Origin: Felis catus
Taxonomy: Eukaryota
Direction of reading: 5' to 3'
DNA length: 64,000 nt
Assembly: GCF_018350175.1 (NCBI RefSeq)
Contig: NC_058368.1
Location: 20,276,001 to 20,340,000 of the forward strand
Shown here piece by piece: positions 1-14,000 of the stretch; the stretch's first letter is position 1; each line of letters begins with the position of its first letter. Made by a program: the position numbers and the translations under genes. Below the pieces are notes generated by a model. It was given only the letters and a program-made list of their open reading frames with translations. It did not search any database and was not told the DNA's origin.

Positions 1-527
1 TTGTAACAATAGTAATGGATCTAGAGGTTATAATGCTAAGCAAAATAAGTCAGATACCATACAATTTTAATGCTATGTGGAATTTAAGAAACATAACAGA
101 GGAAAACAAACCAAAAAATAGACTAACTATAGAGAACTAATGGTTGACAGAGGGGAGGTGGGTGGGAGGATGGGTGAAACAGGTGAAGGGGATTAAGAGT
201 ACACTAAGCCTGGGGCGCCCGGGGGCTCAGTCAGTTAAGTGTCTGCCTCTTAGTATCAGCTCAGGTCAGGATCTCACAGTTCGTGCCCTGCATCGGGTTC
301 TGCACTAGCAGCATGGAGCCTGCTTGGGATTCTCTCTCTCCCTCTCTCTGCCCCTCCCTCCCTCCCTCTCTCTCTCAAAATAAATAAACTTAATTAAAAA
401 GTTTATTTAAGAGTACACTTATCATGATGAGCATTGAGTAATGCAGAGAACTGTTGATTCTCTAGTGTACCTCTGAAAACAATATAACACAGTACGTTAA
501 CTATACTGGAATTAAAAAAAAAAAAAC
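1..527 (+). mobile_element. L1 3' UTR fragment (carnivore type) with poly(A), interrupted by a SINE
   Basis: atggatctagag...atgctaagcaaaataagtcag, G-rich tract, gttaactatactggaattaaaaaa tail. Confidence 0.8.
212..400 (+). mobile_element. CanSINE
   Basis: ggggcgcc head, (CT)n tract, aataaa tail; TSD-like taagagtacact on both sides. Confidence 0.9.
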
Positions 528-2542
528 ACAACAAACCCTCTTTCTTACTTTTTGTGAAATGAACTCTTACAACCTTCCAGCCCCCAAAATTTGTGATTCT
601 AAAACACCACGAAAACCAAGACCCAGAAAATTGAGCCTGGTATAATTTGCACTGACAAAGCTAGTGGGAGAGGTGCAGCCAGCACACAGGAATATTCTTT
701 TCTCTTTTTTACCCCTCTCATATCAATCAGAACAGCATTCACTTTTTCCTCACGTTATACAATCATTTTGGCTTAAGTACACTGAACTTGTTCTCTCAAT
801 TAACCTCTGTCTGGAAAATGATACAGATGATGGAAATTCTGAAGAAAAAGTTTCCACTGCCACCTTCCCCTCTCGGTAAGTTTTTACTCTGTTCTTATCT
901 GAAAATCTGTTTTAATAACAAAATGTGCCTTTTAGCCTTGCATCCTCATCAGTCCCAACCACTGCTGTGGCTTACATAAGTTTCTTCTTGCAGTATTATC
1001 TGTTAACTCACTTAGAACAGACAAAACTATCGAATGCGTTTATAATGCTTACGCCAGAAACACAAGGCTGCCTCCATCAGAAGAGATCAACTAACTGCCC
1101 TACAGAACAAAGACCCAGGCTGAACAAAAGCCCCATCCAGCCTTCCCCAGAACACACAGACGTCATTGGCATTGTACATTCTAAAGAGCAAAGATGGATC
1201 TAATCTTTTCCGTGAATCTGCCTCGCTGGGGAAAAACACTGATTGCTGAGATTAGTCTTGTAATAACAATGCCTCCACTCAGCGAACAAAATTTAGGACA
1301 GCACCTGAAAGTTTCATGGGTTAGTAACATGTCAAGAACTCTCTATTGCTATTATTTGCAATGCAGCAGTACTATGTCCTTAGGTGCTCTCCTGGCTAGA
1401 ACTGTGTGTGGGCTTTCCTGGGTGATGAAAAGTAAGTAAAAAAAAAAAAAAAAAAATCCTGTCTTTGAAGAGCTTACTATTCAAGACACAGATGCAGAAA
1501 CAGAAGGGCCTAAAGATGGAACAACTTGATAGATGTGCAACAAATACGTCAATGAAATAACCACTTTTACTGAAAATAAGACGGGATGCAAGTATCTTCA
1601 TATGTTGCAAAGGATGAGTCATTTCAGGCTTGTATTTTCAGATACGGCGACAACCTGACATATGTTCAGTTGGCTGTTTGCCTGAAGAAATATTAGCCAC
1701 TTAACCAGATATCAGGCCTAGAGGACAATACGGGTCCAGGGTCACTGCTTGGGGTTGGGCCCACCCTGGGGTTGCAGAGGATCATCAAAGGGATGGGCTG
1801 GATCCCAATTTCCATGGGATCTTGGAGAGCCCTAAGTAAACAGAACCTCTCCCAGAATGCCATGAGTGGGAGTGGGTCCCCAGAACTGTCTCACTGGTCC
1901 TAAACTCACCCAGTTCAGTAGCTGGGTCCTTGGACTTTCTCCAGTCTTGGGGACGACTCCAGCTGTACATGGACTCGTCCTGGCTGGGATTAAACTCATC
2001 TTCCATTAGTTACTCACTTAAAATTCTAGAAGTTTTCTGATCTGCTTTTGTGTACAGAAAAATATCCAAAACTACTTTAGAAAAATTAATATCCCATTAA
2101 TTAAAGTTATCAATTTCAAGTCCAATTTCTTCTTAAACTTACTGATTTGAGCTCAACTCCCAAATCTTATTATTCTCCTAATCTATCAAATGTTAACACT
2201 TATTTTTAAAAGGGCTTTTGCAGCCTAATTAATTTCCTTTAACATCTTAAAATACACTTATATATTTAATGTACTGATTTTCTAAGTAGTTAGTTCAGTG
2301 ACTGCTGATTTAACAAGAAAAACCTTTAAAATATTTAAATATTCGTGTAAAGCTGATTAAACATATAAACATGGTGAATATTAAATCCTCTTAAACGTTT
2401 CAATTTTACAAATTTACTAAAACTTTACCCTATACCCCTCAATACTGCAAATATAAATCAATTATAAACTACATTTTAAATTGGAATCACAAAGTTGATC
2501 TCTTGCTCTAATAGACCAAATTCTCTAAAACACAACAAATTC

Positions 2543-2745
2543 TTTTTTTTTTTTTTTTTTTTAATTTATCTTTGAGAGAGACAGAGTGCCAGCAGGGGAG
2601 GGAAAGAGAGAGACAAAGACACAGAATCCGAAGCAGGCTCCAGGCTCTGAGCTGTCAGCACAGAGCCCAACGCGGAGTTTGAGCCCACGAACTGTGACCT
2701 CAGTTGAAGTCGGACACTTAACCGACTGAGCCACCCAGGTGCCCC
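2543..2745 (-). mobile_element. CanSINE
   Basis: poly-T, (GA)n tract, ends gccacccaggtgcccc. Confidence 0.9.
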
Positions 2746-3825
2746 CACGAAATTCTTAAAATATCAAACATGAACAAATTATTTCTGAACCTAAAGCAAA
2801 AATTTTAATATTATAGATTTTATTTACTTTATTATTTCTGTACTTAATTTAAATTTTTTTCTTGGATTAAAACATAAATATCCACTAAGGGGATAACTAT
2901 GCTATTCCAAATAATTTGGGGTTGCTTTTCTAGTGGACTGAGGTTACACATGGACAGCTGTTTGGCCAGGAGATGTCCCAACAGGGAAAGAGAAGTAGGA
3001 ATCTCTTCTATGGTTGCTATACCAGGGATTCCAGGACTTAAAGGGCCCATCTCTCTGGATAAGTTCGCTCATTATGTAATTTCTCTCTACTGACAGCCTC
3101 TGCAACCCGCTCTCAGTCTGTGGCTAACTTCTATCACTGCTTCGTTAGGTCTCCATGTCTGTTTCTCTGAAGATATTTACATGTTACCCTATTGGATTCC
3201 TACCTTTTAAGGCTTTGCTGACTCTACAGTCCCCTGATAACCAGATATTCTTGGGTTCATGAAGCAGAGGAGCCTGTAAGGCCCAGCTATTTGACATATC
3301 CCATGTGAATCTGGTGTTAATGGAACGACCCCAAAGCAGGTGGGAACTGAGGAGAGAGGAAGGCTCAGGAAAGAAAGGTGCTAAGCTGCTCGGGACTCAA
3401 CTAGCAACCCCATAAAACTTAATGGGATCATGGAAAAGCAATTTGATGCCCTGGCTTCCAGGGCCCTAAAAACTTGGCATCTTCTTGTGGCCATTTGTGG
3501 GCCCACAGACTTCTAGAGTCTCTGCCTCCTCCTGAGGTCCCGGTGGGCTTGTTCATGCCACATGGTCCTGCTCCCATTACCTCGGTTACAGAGCCAAGAA
3601 AGAACCCCCTTCCTAAGGGAAAGGAAGCGAAACAATAGGGTGAGTAACTGGATTCACTCCTGAACAAATACACACAGCCTAGGGTGGACACACAAACAGC
3701 ATAGCAGGAGTCTGAAGTTATGTGTAACAGAAAAAGTTATTAGTTCTGACCTTACTGCATTTATTCTGATGAAAAGGAGATGAAAGGCCTTTTTATAGTA
3801 TTGGAATAGGTTATAAAGTTGTTTC

Positions 3826-4053
3826 TTTTTTTTTTTTAACTTTTTTTTTTCAACGTTTATTCATTTTTGGGACAGAGAGAGACAGAGCATGAACGGGGGA
3901 GGGGCAGAGAGAGAGGGAGACACAGAATCGGAAACAGGCTCCAGGTTCTGAGCCATCAGCCCAGAGCCCGACGCGGGGCTCGAACTCACGGACCGCGAGA
4001 TCGTGACCTGGCTGAAGTCGGACGCTTAACCGACTGCGCCACCCAGGCGCCCC
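3826..4053 (-). mobile_element. Young felid CanSINE (SINEC_Fc type)
   Basis: CpG-intact consensus-like body; TSD taaagttgtttcttt. Confidence 0.95.
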
Positions 4054-7000
4054 TAAAGTTGTTTCTTTATTCAACAATGCCCAAGCTCTGAAAGCTTCCT
4101 CCATGATCGTGTTTATTACTTAACTGTTTTCATTGATCCTTTCTACAGCCTTCTCAAAAGACGGTGATCCAAACTGAATTTTGTCCTATAAGACTGAACG
4201 TACTACCCTTTCAGTTGTCGAGGACAGAAACTCGTCTCATGCTTTTTAATAAAGGAAAATGTAATACTGAAGAAACACTCATAGCTGCAGAAGTGCAGTG
4301 AGCCACAGGAATAAGTGGAGCTAAGGATTCACATGCAGCGCGGTCCATTCTTTTCTCTTCTCTGGCTTTTTCTTGTTGGTCAGCACCATTCTTCTCTCTC
4401 ACAGCGGTGTGGCTTTCTCTATGTGGTGGAAAACACAGCTGCTAACTGCTCCATAGCTTTACATGTTAGAGCTTCAGCCACCTGGAGGGAGACTAACTTT
4501 TCTTTCCCAGCCAATACCAGTTCCCCAATGCCAAAATGACATCAATGCACGGTCTAAATAGTTCAACTAGAGCTGGGAGGCAGGACTGGGTTATCCTACC
4601 CTGGTGCTCCACATGTACCTGTGTGAATGGGGGACAGGGCTCTTGACAACCAAGTACTAGGAAGGGAATACCTTACTTGGCCACGATACAGAGATGACCA
4701 GTGCTAAACATGAACAGAAGAACGTCTTAACCGTTATACTTCATAACATAACTTAGATGGTTCAACATCAGGCTTTGTCTTAAAAAAATTACATTTCTCA
4801 TTTACATTGTTTGAATGTCTTTAGAATCTGAAAAGGTAGAACATAAAAAAGAATCTTACTTATATGAAAGTTAGGTGACAAATAAATTGCAAAACCTAAT
4901 TTCCTGGAAATGTGTAGGGAGTGTAGTCAATAACTTAATGACAGGTGTGATTTCAGCCTGGCTGTATTAGGCATTTTCTTTACTTCTCTTTTTAAGGAAG
5001 ATACCCTTCTCTTTTGAGGTCCAAGGGAGAAAAATCCATTTGTAGTTTCTGACAGCAAATATTACAGATAAGCGATATATTGGGATCAGACTAAGATGAC
5101 ATGTATTTTGTAATTTTCAAAGTTACATACATATATTGTCAAGCGCACATAGAAGATTCTCTAGGATAGATCACGTGTTAAACCACAGGCAAGTCTTGAT
5201 AAATTTAAGAGTTTTGAATCCTATCCTATCAACCTTTTTTTTTTTTTTTTACCACAATGATATGAAACTAAAAATCAATTACAAGAAGAAGACTGGAAAA
5301 TTCACAAATACATGGAGATTGAACAACACAGTACTGAGCAGCCAAAGGGTCAAAGAAGAAGTCAAACGAGAATTCAAAAATTACCTTGAGAAAAACACAA
5401 ATGTAAATACAACATACCGAACCTGTGAGATGTAGCAAAAGCAGTTCTGACAGAGAATTTTGCAACAATCAATTCCTATATCAAGAAACAAGAAAGATCT
5501 CAAATAGCCTCACTCAACACCTCAACGAAGTAGAAAAACAGCAAACAAAACCCAAAGGTAGTAGAGGAAGGAAATAACAAAGATCACAGCAGAAATACGT
5601 TAAAGAGAGATTAAAAAGACGATAAAGAAGATCAATGAAACTAAGAGGTTTTTGGTTTTTTTAAAATTTTAATTCCGGTGGAGTTAACATCGTGTTATAT
5701 TCATTCCAGGTGCACAGTATAGCATTTCAACAATGAAGAGGTGATTCTTTAGAGATAAACAAAATTGACAACCTTAGACAGACCCACCAATAAAAAAAGA
5801 GAGGACTCAAATAAAATTAGACATGAAAGTGGTGTTACAACTGATACCACAGAAATACAAAGGATCAAAGATACTACTGTGAACAATTATATGGCAATAA
5901 ATTAAACAGCCCACAAGAAATGGATACATTCCTGGAAACATACAACCTACCAAGACTAAATCATGAAGAAACAGAAAATCTAAACAGATCAATTATTAGT
6001 AAGGAAAGTGCATCAGTAATCAAAACCGCCCAATCAACAAAAAAGTCCAGGACCAGATGGCTTCAATGGTGAAATCTACCAAACATTTAAAGAATTTATG
6101 CTAATTCCTTCTCAAACTCTTCCAAAAAAATAGAATTGGAGGGAACACTTTCATTTTATGAGGTCAGCACTGCCCTGATACCAGAAATTACAGAAATTAC
6201 AGGCTAATATTCCTGATGAACGTAGATATAAAATTCCTTAACAAAATATTAGCAAACTGAATTCACAAGATATTAAAAAGATCATACACCATGTTCAAGT
6301 GGGATTTATTCCAGGATTACAATGGTTAAGCATTAATCAATGCAATATACCACATCAACAAAATGAGGATAAAACATACATGATCATCTCAATAGATGCA
6401 GAAAAAGCATTTGACAAAATTCAACTCCCAGTTACGATAAACACTCTCAACATACTAGGTATGGAGGGAACATACTTCAACATAATAAAGGCCATATGGG
6501 ACAAGTGAACAGCTAACATCTTACCCAATGGTGAAAACCGAAAGCTTTTCCTCTGAGATCAAGAACAAGGCAAGATGGCCACTCTCACCACTTTAATTCA
6601 ATATAGTATTGGAAGTCCTAGCCAGAGTCATTAGACAAGAAAAAGAGATAAAAAGCATCCAAATAAAAAGGAAGAATGAAAACTGTCTCTTATTTGCAGA
6701 TGACACTATATTGTATATAGAAAGCCTTAAAGACTTCACCAAAAACCAGTTAGAACTAATAAATTCAGTAAAGCTGCAAGATACAAAATCAATACAGAAG
6801 AATCTGTTGCATTTATATACACAAATAATGAACTACCAGAAAGAGAAATTTTAAAAATCCCATTTACAGTTGCATCAAAAATGAAATGAAATGAAATGAA
6901 ATAAAATAGCTAGGATTCAATTTAAGCAAGAAGATAACAAATTTGTATACTGAAAACTGTAAGGCGTTGGATGAAAGAAACTGAAGATGACACAAGTCAA

Positions 7001-8439
7001 TGGAAAAGTATTCCATGCTAATGGGTTGGAAGAATTAATCCTGTTAAAATGTCCAGACTATCCATGGCAACCTACAGATTTAATACAATCCCTATCAACA
7101 TTCCAATGGTATTTTTCATAGGAATAGAAGAAACGGTCCTAAAATTTGGATGGAATCACAAAAGACCCCAAATAGCCAAAGCAATCTTGAGAAAGAATAA
7201 AGCTGGAGGCATCACGCTTCCTGATTTTAAACTATATTACAAGGCTAGAGTAATCAAAACAGTGGTATTGCCATAGAAACAGACAAATGGATCAACTGAA
7301 ACAGAACAGAGAGCCCAGAAATAAACACATGTCACATGTATGTATGGTCAATTAATTTATGACAAAGGAGCAAAAAAATACAACGAGGAAGACAATGTCT
7401 TTAATAAATAGAGTTGGGAAAACTGCACAGCTACATGCAAAAGAAGGAAACTGGACGACCATCCTACACCACTCACAAAAATTAACCTGAAATGGATCAA
7501 AGATTAAAATGTAAGATTTGAAACCATAGAACTCCTAGATCTTTGACACTGTTTTGGCAATAATTTCTTTGGTAGTCACCCAAAGTAAAGGCAACAAAAG
7601 CTAAAACAAACAAATGGGCATACATAAAAACTCAAAATGGATGAAAAACTTGAACGTAAGACCTGAATCCTAAAGCTCTGAGAAGAAAACACAGACGGTA
7701 AGCTCTTGACATTGGTCTCGGTGATGACTTTTTGGATTTGACACCAAATGCCAAGGTGACAAAAGCAAAAATAAGTAGGACTAAATCGAACTAAAAAGCT
7801 TCTGCACAGCAAAGGAAATCATCAACAAAATGAAAAGGCAACCTACCGAATGGGAGAAAATATTTGTAAATCATTTATCTGATAAACGGTTAGTATCCAA
7901 AATCTATGAAGAACTCTATAACTCAATATCAAAGAAACAAACAAAAAGCCCAACCTGATTGAAAAATGAGCAGAGATCTGAAAAGACATTTTTCCCAAAG
8001 ACATGCAGATGTGCCAATAGACACACGAAAAGATGCTCAACATCACTAGTCATCAGGGAAATGCAAATCAAAACAATAATGAAATATTACCTTACACCTG
8101 TCAGAATGGTTATTTTCAAAAAGAAAAGGAATAACAAGTGTTGGCGAGGGAGGACGTGGAGACAAGGAAACCCTTGTGCACTGTTGGTGGGAATGTAAAT
8201 TGGTGCAGCCACTGTGAAAAACAGTATGAAGATTCCTCAAGAAGTTAAAAATAGAACTGCCCTACTATCTGGCAATTCCTTCTGGGAATTTATCTGAAGG
8301 AAACAAAAACACTAACTTGAAAAAATACCTGCGCCATGTTCTTTGTAGCACTGTTTATAATAGTCAAGACACGGACACACCTTAAGTGTGAACACCTTAA
8401 GTGTTCATCCACTGGTGGATGAACAGATAAAGAAAAGTA

Positions 8440-8441
<2 letters not shown>

Positions 8442-8487
<46 letters not shown>
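8442..8487 (+). repeat. (CA)n microsatellite within the L1 3' region
   Basis: About 23 uninterrupted AC units. Confidence 0.95.
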
Positions 8488-8489
<2 letters not shown>

Positions 8490-8822
8490 GAATATTACTT
8501 GGCCATAAAAAAGAGAACATGCAACAACATGGATGGACCCTGAGGACATTATGCTAAGTGAAACCAAGTCAGGGAAAGACAAGGGCTGTGTTATTTCTCT
8601 TCTCTGTGGTGTCTAATAGATACAGAGAACACACTGGTGATTGCCAGTGGGAGGGGGTGAGGGTGGGCGAAATGGATGAAACTGGTCAAAAGGTACAAAC
8701 TTCCAGTCAGGAAATAAGTCAGTCACGGGGATATAACATACAGCATGGTGACTACAGCTACATAATAGTCAGTTACCTACTGGAAGTTTCTAAGGGTAGA
8801 TCTTAAAAGTTCAGGTAATGGA

Positions 8823-9027
8823 GGGGCGCCTGGGTGGTTCAGTGAAGCATTCAACTTTTGATTTCAGCTCAGGCCTTGATTTCATGGCTTGTGAGTTTGA
8901 GCCCTGCATTGGGATCTACACTGACAGAACTGAGCCGGCTTGGGATTCTCTCTCTCTCCCTCTCTGTCCCTCCCATGTCTGTGATCTCTTTCTCTCTCTC
9001 AAAATAAATAAATAAACTTAAAAAAAG
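8823..9027 (+). mobile_element. CanSINE inserted in the L1 3' UTR
   Basis: ggggcgcctgggtgg head, CT tract, aataaa tail; degenerate TSD aaagttcaggtaatgga / aaggttctggtgatgga. Confidence 0.9.
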
Positions 9028-9619
9028 GTTCTGGTGATGGATGTTAACTAGACTTACTGTGATCATTTTGCGACACATACAAATCATGATGTTGTACCTC
9101 TGAAACTACTATTATTTTTGTTAATTGTACCTCAATTAGCAAACGCCAGAGAAACAAATCATCACCAAGGTTCCTGAAGTATAGAATAGAACAAAACATG
9201 TTGGTCCAGATTCATTAGCTTCAGTCAAAAGAACATGAATCGGTAGGTATGATGGTATATGCATTTTTATCAAATACTCTAGGAGATTTTGATGCAAGCG
9301 TTCAGAAAAATAAATTCTATATATATATATTTTGTATAATATATTCTGCAAAAGCGGAAGAGGGCATTTGAAAGCTAACATGGTCACTTCTCCCAAAGGA
9401 AGTTTATCCAGATGTTTCTAGAAGTTTTTGCTCTGGGTGACAGTGAATCTTAGCATCTATGAGGACAAATACTGCTTGACTAAAGTAAATAAAAATTCTT
9501 AGGCTTTGAAGGTTTAATTAGCAGTGTTTTGATAAACAGAATCAGCCTTGCACTGCAAGTCTTACAAAGTGTGAATCCATTTGTCCCCCCAAAGTATCTC
9601 CTAACATACTATAGAATTT

Positions 9620-9755
9620 ATTATCTGTCTCCTCCTGCTCGTATAGAAATTTCATGAGGGTGGGGATTTCTGCCTTGTTTACTGCTATGTTCTGAGCTCA
9701 CAGTGCCTGGCACAGAGTAGGTACTCTGTAAATTGGGTGACTGAACAACTGGTTA
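9620..9755 (+). mobile_element. L2 3' end remnant
   Basis: cacagtgcctggcacagagtaggtactc...aaatt...tgactgaa, typical of the L2 terminus. Confidence 0.6.
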
Positions 9756-11054
9756 AATTTAGGCATGATGTAAATTCCCTGTGACCTACAGATTACAGGT
9801 CTGTGTTGACGCCACAAACTGCCGTAAGGATTAATTATGGGAGCGGATGGCGTTGCGGGACTGATCTTATTCCCAAGGGCCAGCACGAGAGCAGCAGCGC
9901 CCGGTGGAAGCCACAGGGCCTTGTGTGGGCAGAGACCAAGGAACATGGCCACACAGGAGGCAGGCCATACTCTCCCTAGGTGGGTGGCCTTGTCTTTTAC
10001 TGGGAGAATACTCAAGTTTCTGCTCTTGCAACCTCCATTCCTTATAGACATTTTTACAATGGCTATAAACTTATGGTATTGTAAATCATTAACCTATATC
10101 GCCCATAATGGGCCTCATCCCCTTCTTTAGAGTCAAGCTGCCAAGTGCTGCGATAGGCAAACTGCACGTGCTTACTAAGCATTACTGAGCCCCACTCGCT
10201 CAACTGGCTTTGGGGTCAGATAAGAGGATTCCTGGTTACTAATGCACGTTAAAATGCTGCTTTAGACATCCAATTCAAGAGTAAAGGAGCACTGTATTTG
10301 TTTTATATTTTACCTAGTATATTATAGTTTTTATATATTCTAAATACAAACCCTACAATGTCTATGCAGTAGACTTTAATGAAAGGCCCTCCAAACTATC
10401 CCTAAAAATGACTGAAAATATGTGTATTTTTTGTCAATGTTTATTATTTAACTTTTCAAGTATAGAAAAAATGTTGAAAGAATAGTACTAGGAATGCCCC
10501 ACATACCACAGTTATTTTGTCTCATTTTCTTTATTTACATATGTACAGATATATTTTATACGTGTGTATATTTTACCCTTCAATTTGTCTATATGTATAC
10601 ACCTATTTATGAGAATATGTATATGTAGTAGGATCAATATATAGCTTTTTGCTGAACCCCCTGAAAGCAATGTGTGGCTCTCATAACATTTCATTCTTAC
10701 ATATTGCAGCCTGCATCTCCCAAGAATAATGTAGGCATATCCCTTTTATGTGGCAGAGGTGAGCACATGTTCATATGTATCAGTCAAGTATCTTGAATTC
10801 TTGTTTCAGGCAGAAAGGTGCCAGAATTGTTATATTCTGGAGAGAGGCCCCAGAGGTTGGGAGGTCCTGGCAGCCACCAGTTCAGCTAATGGCAGAGCCA
10901 CCTGTGTGCATGTGAAACCTTAGTGAGCCACTTACTAGCTCTGTGGCCCGGGGCAAGTGGCTTACTAGCTCTGAAGATGATGATAGCGATAACAGCAGCA
11001 AACACCTACTAGCTTACTATGTGCCAGGATTTACTATTCTAGATCTTCTCCCTA

Positions 11055-14000
11055 GGAGGGACATCTCCAAGATGGTAACATAGGTAATTGCTACCTTTAC
11101 TCCCCTTCACAAGAATAAGCACAACTAACAACTATTTGTGAATGAGACACCACTGAGAAAATCATAGACCTGGGGGGCAAGGCTGATGCACCCCCTGCAC
11201 CACAGAAAACAAGACAGATTCATTAGAAGAGTAAGAGAAGCAACTACACCTTGACCGCATTGCCCCATCCCCAGGACAGCACAGCACCATGCAGAGAGGT
11301 CTCCCTTGAGCCTCCAGTGGGAAGAGAGAGCCCAGGGTGGACATCCCACTCTGCCAGCATTGTGCATTGCTCCTTGGGAGCTCCCACTCCTGTCTCACCT
11401 CATGAGGATCATGAGGGCATCTGCAGAGCTTGACGACTGGAAATCTGATCATGATGGAGAAGGTGGGAGGGGACTGCAACCACCAGTAGTCGGATCTTGG
11501 CTGAGTTTCTACCTGCAGCACCCAAGTAGTAGTCCCAACCGACCTTGCTCATCTGCAGAGCCAAGATGGTGGCACAGTCTGACCAGGGAACTAAAACACA
11601 GGTCTGCCTGATTCAGGACTCAAGCCTTCACAGTTCTGGAGCCCGGTCTGTCCTCTCACCCAGGCAGGGGAGCTGAGTCACAGTCCCGTCCACTGCTGAG
11701 TATAGCTCCTGGTCCCGCCTAACCAGGAAGCCACACTGGAACACCTGAAAGCTGCACAGTCCAGCCACACTTGAGTGGAGTCCAACAGGCAGAAGAGACA
11801 CAGAAGAAAGCCAGTGGCACCATTCAGCCAGGGTACCTGAGGTATGTGTTGACTTGAGTCAAGACCACACAGAGCCTTGTCAGGCTTGGAGCCAGTTCTC
11901 TGTTCCACCCAGGTAAGGGGGTTAATTCAGAGTTCCATCAGAACAGCTGGGAAATTACATGGAGTCAGTTCTCCTACTCTGTCTGGAAAAGGGAGCTAAT
12001 TCATAGCTTCACTCTACTGAGGGTAGCTTTGAGCCCTGCCCAACAGGGAAGCCTGGCCTGAGCACCTGGGTAACAGCTTGGTCCAGCAGCGCTAGAGAAG
12101 AAAGCCCAATGAGCAGCCCAGCCTGTCTTCAGGGGCAAGCTGGTGACCCAGTCTAGGCAGAGAGTTTGGTGTACAAGTCTGCCTGACTAGCTCCCCAGAC
12201 AAGAGTCTTGTCGGCTTTCGGGTATACTCTGTGTGCCATGTCCCCTGGCCCCTTACCCCTCTGGGACAGGGAAGCTAACCTGTAGCCCTGTCCCGTGCTG
12301 AATACAGCCTCCATCCCTGCTAACCAGGAAACCTAACAAGAGCTCCTGGGAATCTCAGTAGCCCACCCTGCAGCCCTGATTACTGTGGCATTTGAGCAGA
12401 AAATCCAACTAGTAGCTCTGTATCCACAGAGCCAATATTGTAACCTCATCTGTACAGGGAGCTTAATGTGTAGGTCTGTGTGATTTGATTCCCAAAGAGC
12501 CTTGCCAGACCTGGAGACTGCTCTGCAACCGTGCAGGGAAGAGAATTTATTGCCACACCCAAAGCAGAAGAGCCTCCAGCTCTGGAAACCTAATCAGAGC
12601 TCCCAAGAATCTGTATAGCCCAATTTATAACTCCTATTATAGAAGCACTGAGTGGAGAGCCCAGCCAGTGGGCCCACTCATCTCAAGAGCTGGGACAGTG
12701 CTCTGTCAGGCCACAGAACTTGGCGCATAGTTCTGACTAATGTGATCCCCAAACAAGAGCCTTGCCAGTCTTGGAGCCTGTATGGGGCCCTGCCTGGGCA
12801 GAGAAACTAATTTGTAGCCCCATCCACTACTGAATACAGCTGTCAGCCCACCCAACTAGGAGACCTAAACAGAGCACATGAGAAGCTGTGTAGTCCGCCC
12901 TACAGCCCTGCTTACAGTGGCAAATGAATGGAGAGCACAACACAGGGCTTTGCCCATCTGCACGGCAAAATTGGTAGCCTTGTCTGACCAGGATATCCAG
13001 TCCTCAGATAATGAGCAGCATGGGCCTCGAAGCCTATTCTGCTACCCCACCAGGACAGGGAAGCTAATTCATAGCCATGCCTACTACAGAGTATAGTACG
13101 CCAGTCCCAATCACCTGGGAAGCCTGACCAGAAAACTCCAGGAATCATGGAGCCTATCCTACAGCCTTGCTTGAACAGGGAGCAGTCCTATCCAGTGTTA
13201 TCAGCCAGTTAGCACACCCACCCACCCATGACCTCAGAACCTTGTCAGTGGCCTCATCCAAAGATAGACTCTGATAGCAACCTCCACCTGCTTGAGTATG
13301 TTATCAGCTGACATGGCCAGATCACCAAGCAGAATGGTGAAGGACTGTCTGACAGAGTGAATGTGCAAAGTCTGGAAAAGGAAATAGCTTATTCAAATGC
13401 ACAGACACTAATGTAAGGAAGCAAGGATTGTGAAAAATTGGGTAAACATGAAACCATCATGGGAAATTTATAAAGCTCCAATAACTGACTTAAAGAAATG
13501 GAGATCCATGAAATCTATGAACTGTCAGACAATGAATTCAGAATAATCCTCTTAAAGATATTTAATCAACTAAAGCAACGCACACACAACTAAATGAAAT
13601 TAGGAAAACAATGCATGAACAAAAATAAGTTCAATGAAGAGATGGAAACCATTTAAAAAAACACCCCATAAATCCTAAAGCTAAAAAAATACAATGACCG
13701 ATCTAGAGAATTCAATAGAGAGTTTCAAAAGCAGACTTAACCATGTAGAAAACAGAATCAATGACCTGGCACAGGACATTGGAAATTATCCAGTCAGAGG
13801 AGCAAAAATAAAAAAGAGTGAAAAATAATGAAAAAAGCCTACAGGATGTGTGCAACACAATCAAAAGAAAAAACATCCACATTATGGGAATTCCTGAAGG
13901 AGAAAAGAAAAAGGACAGAAAGTAGATTTAAAAACAATAATGGCTGAAAATTCCCAAACCTGTAGAGAGAAATGGACATCCAGAACCATGAAGCCCAAAG

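Larger units (their letters stand above)
5139..9137 (+). mobile_element. 5'-truncated, decayed L1 (ORF2 endonuclease end, reverse transcriptase, 3' UTR)
   Basis: ORF fragments [56 protein letters not shown] and IREMQIKT are L1 ORF2p motifs; many stops and frameshifts. Confidence 0.95.

Noticed and set aside
820..882. Possible plus-strand exon ending at cg|gtaagt
   Set aside because: An isolated donor-like site with no convincing acceptor or recognisable peptide.
3850..4104. Recurrent ORFs such as GQRETEHERGRGRERGRHRIGNRLQ and GAPGWRSRLSVRLQ
   Set aside because: Translations of CanSINE sequence, repeated at each young copy.
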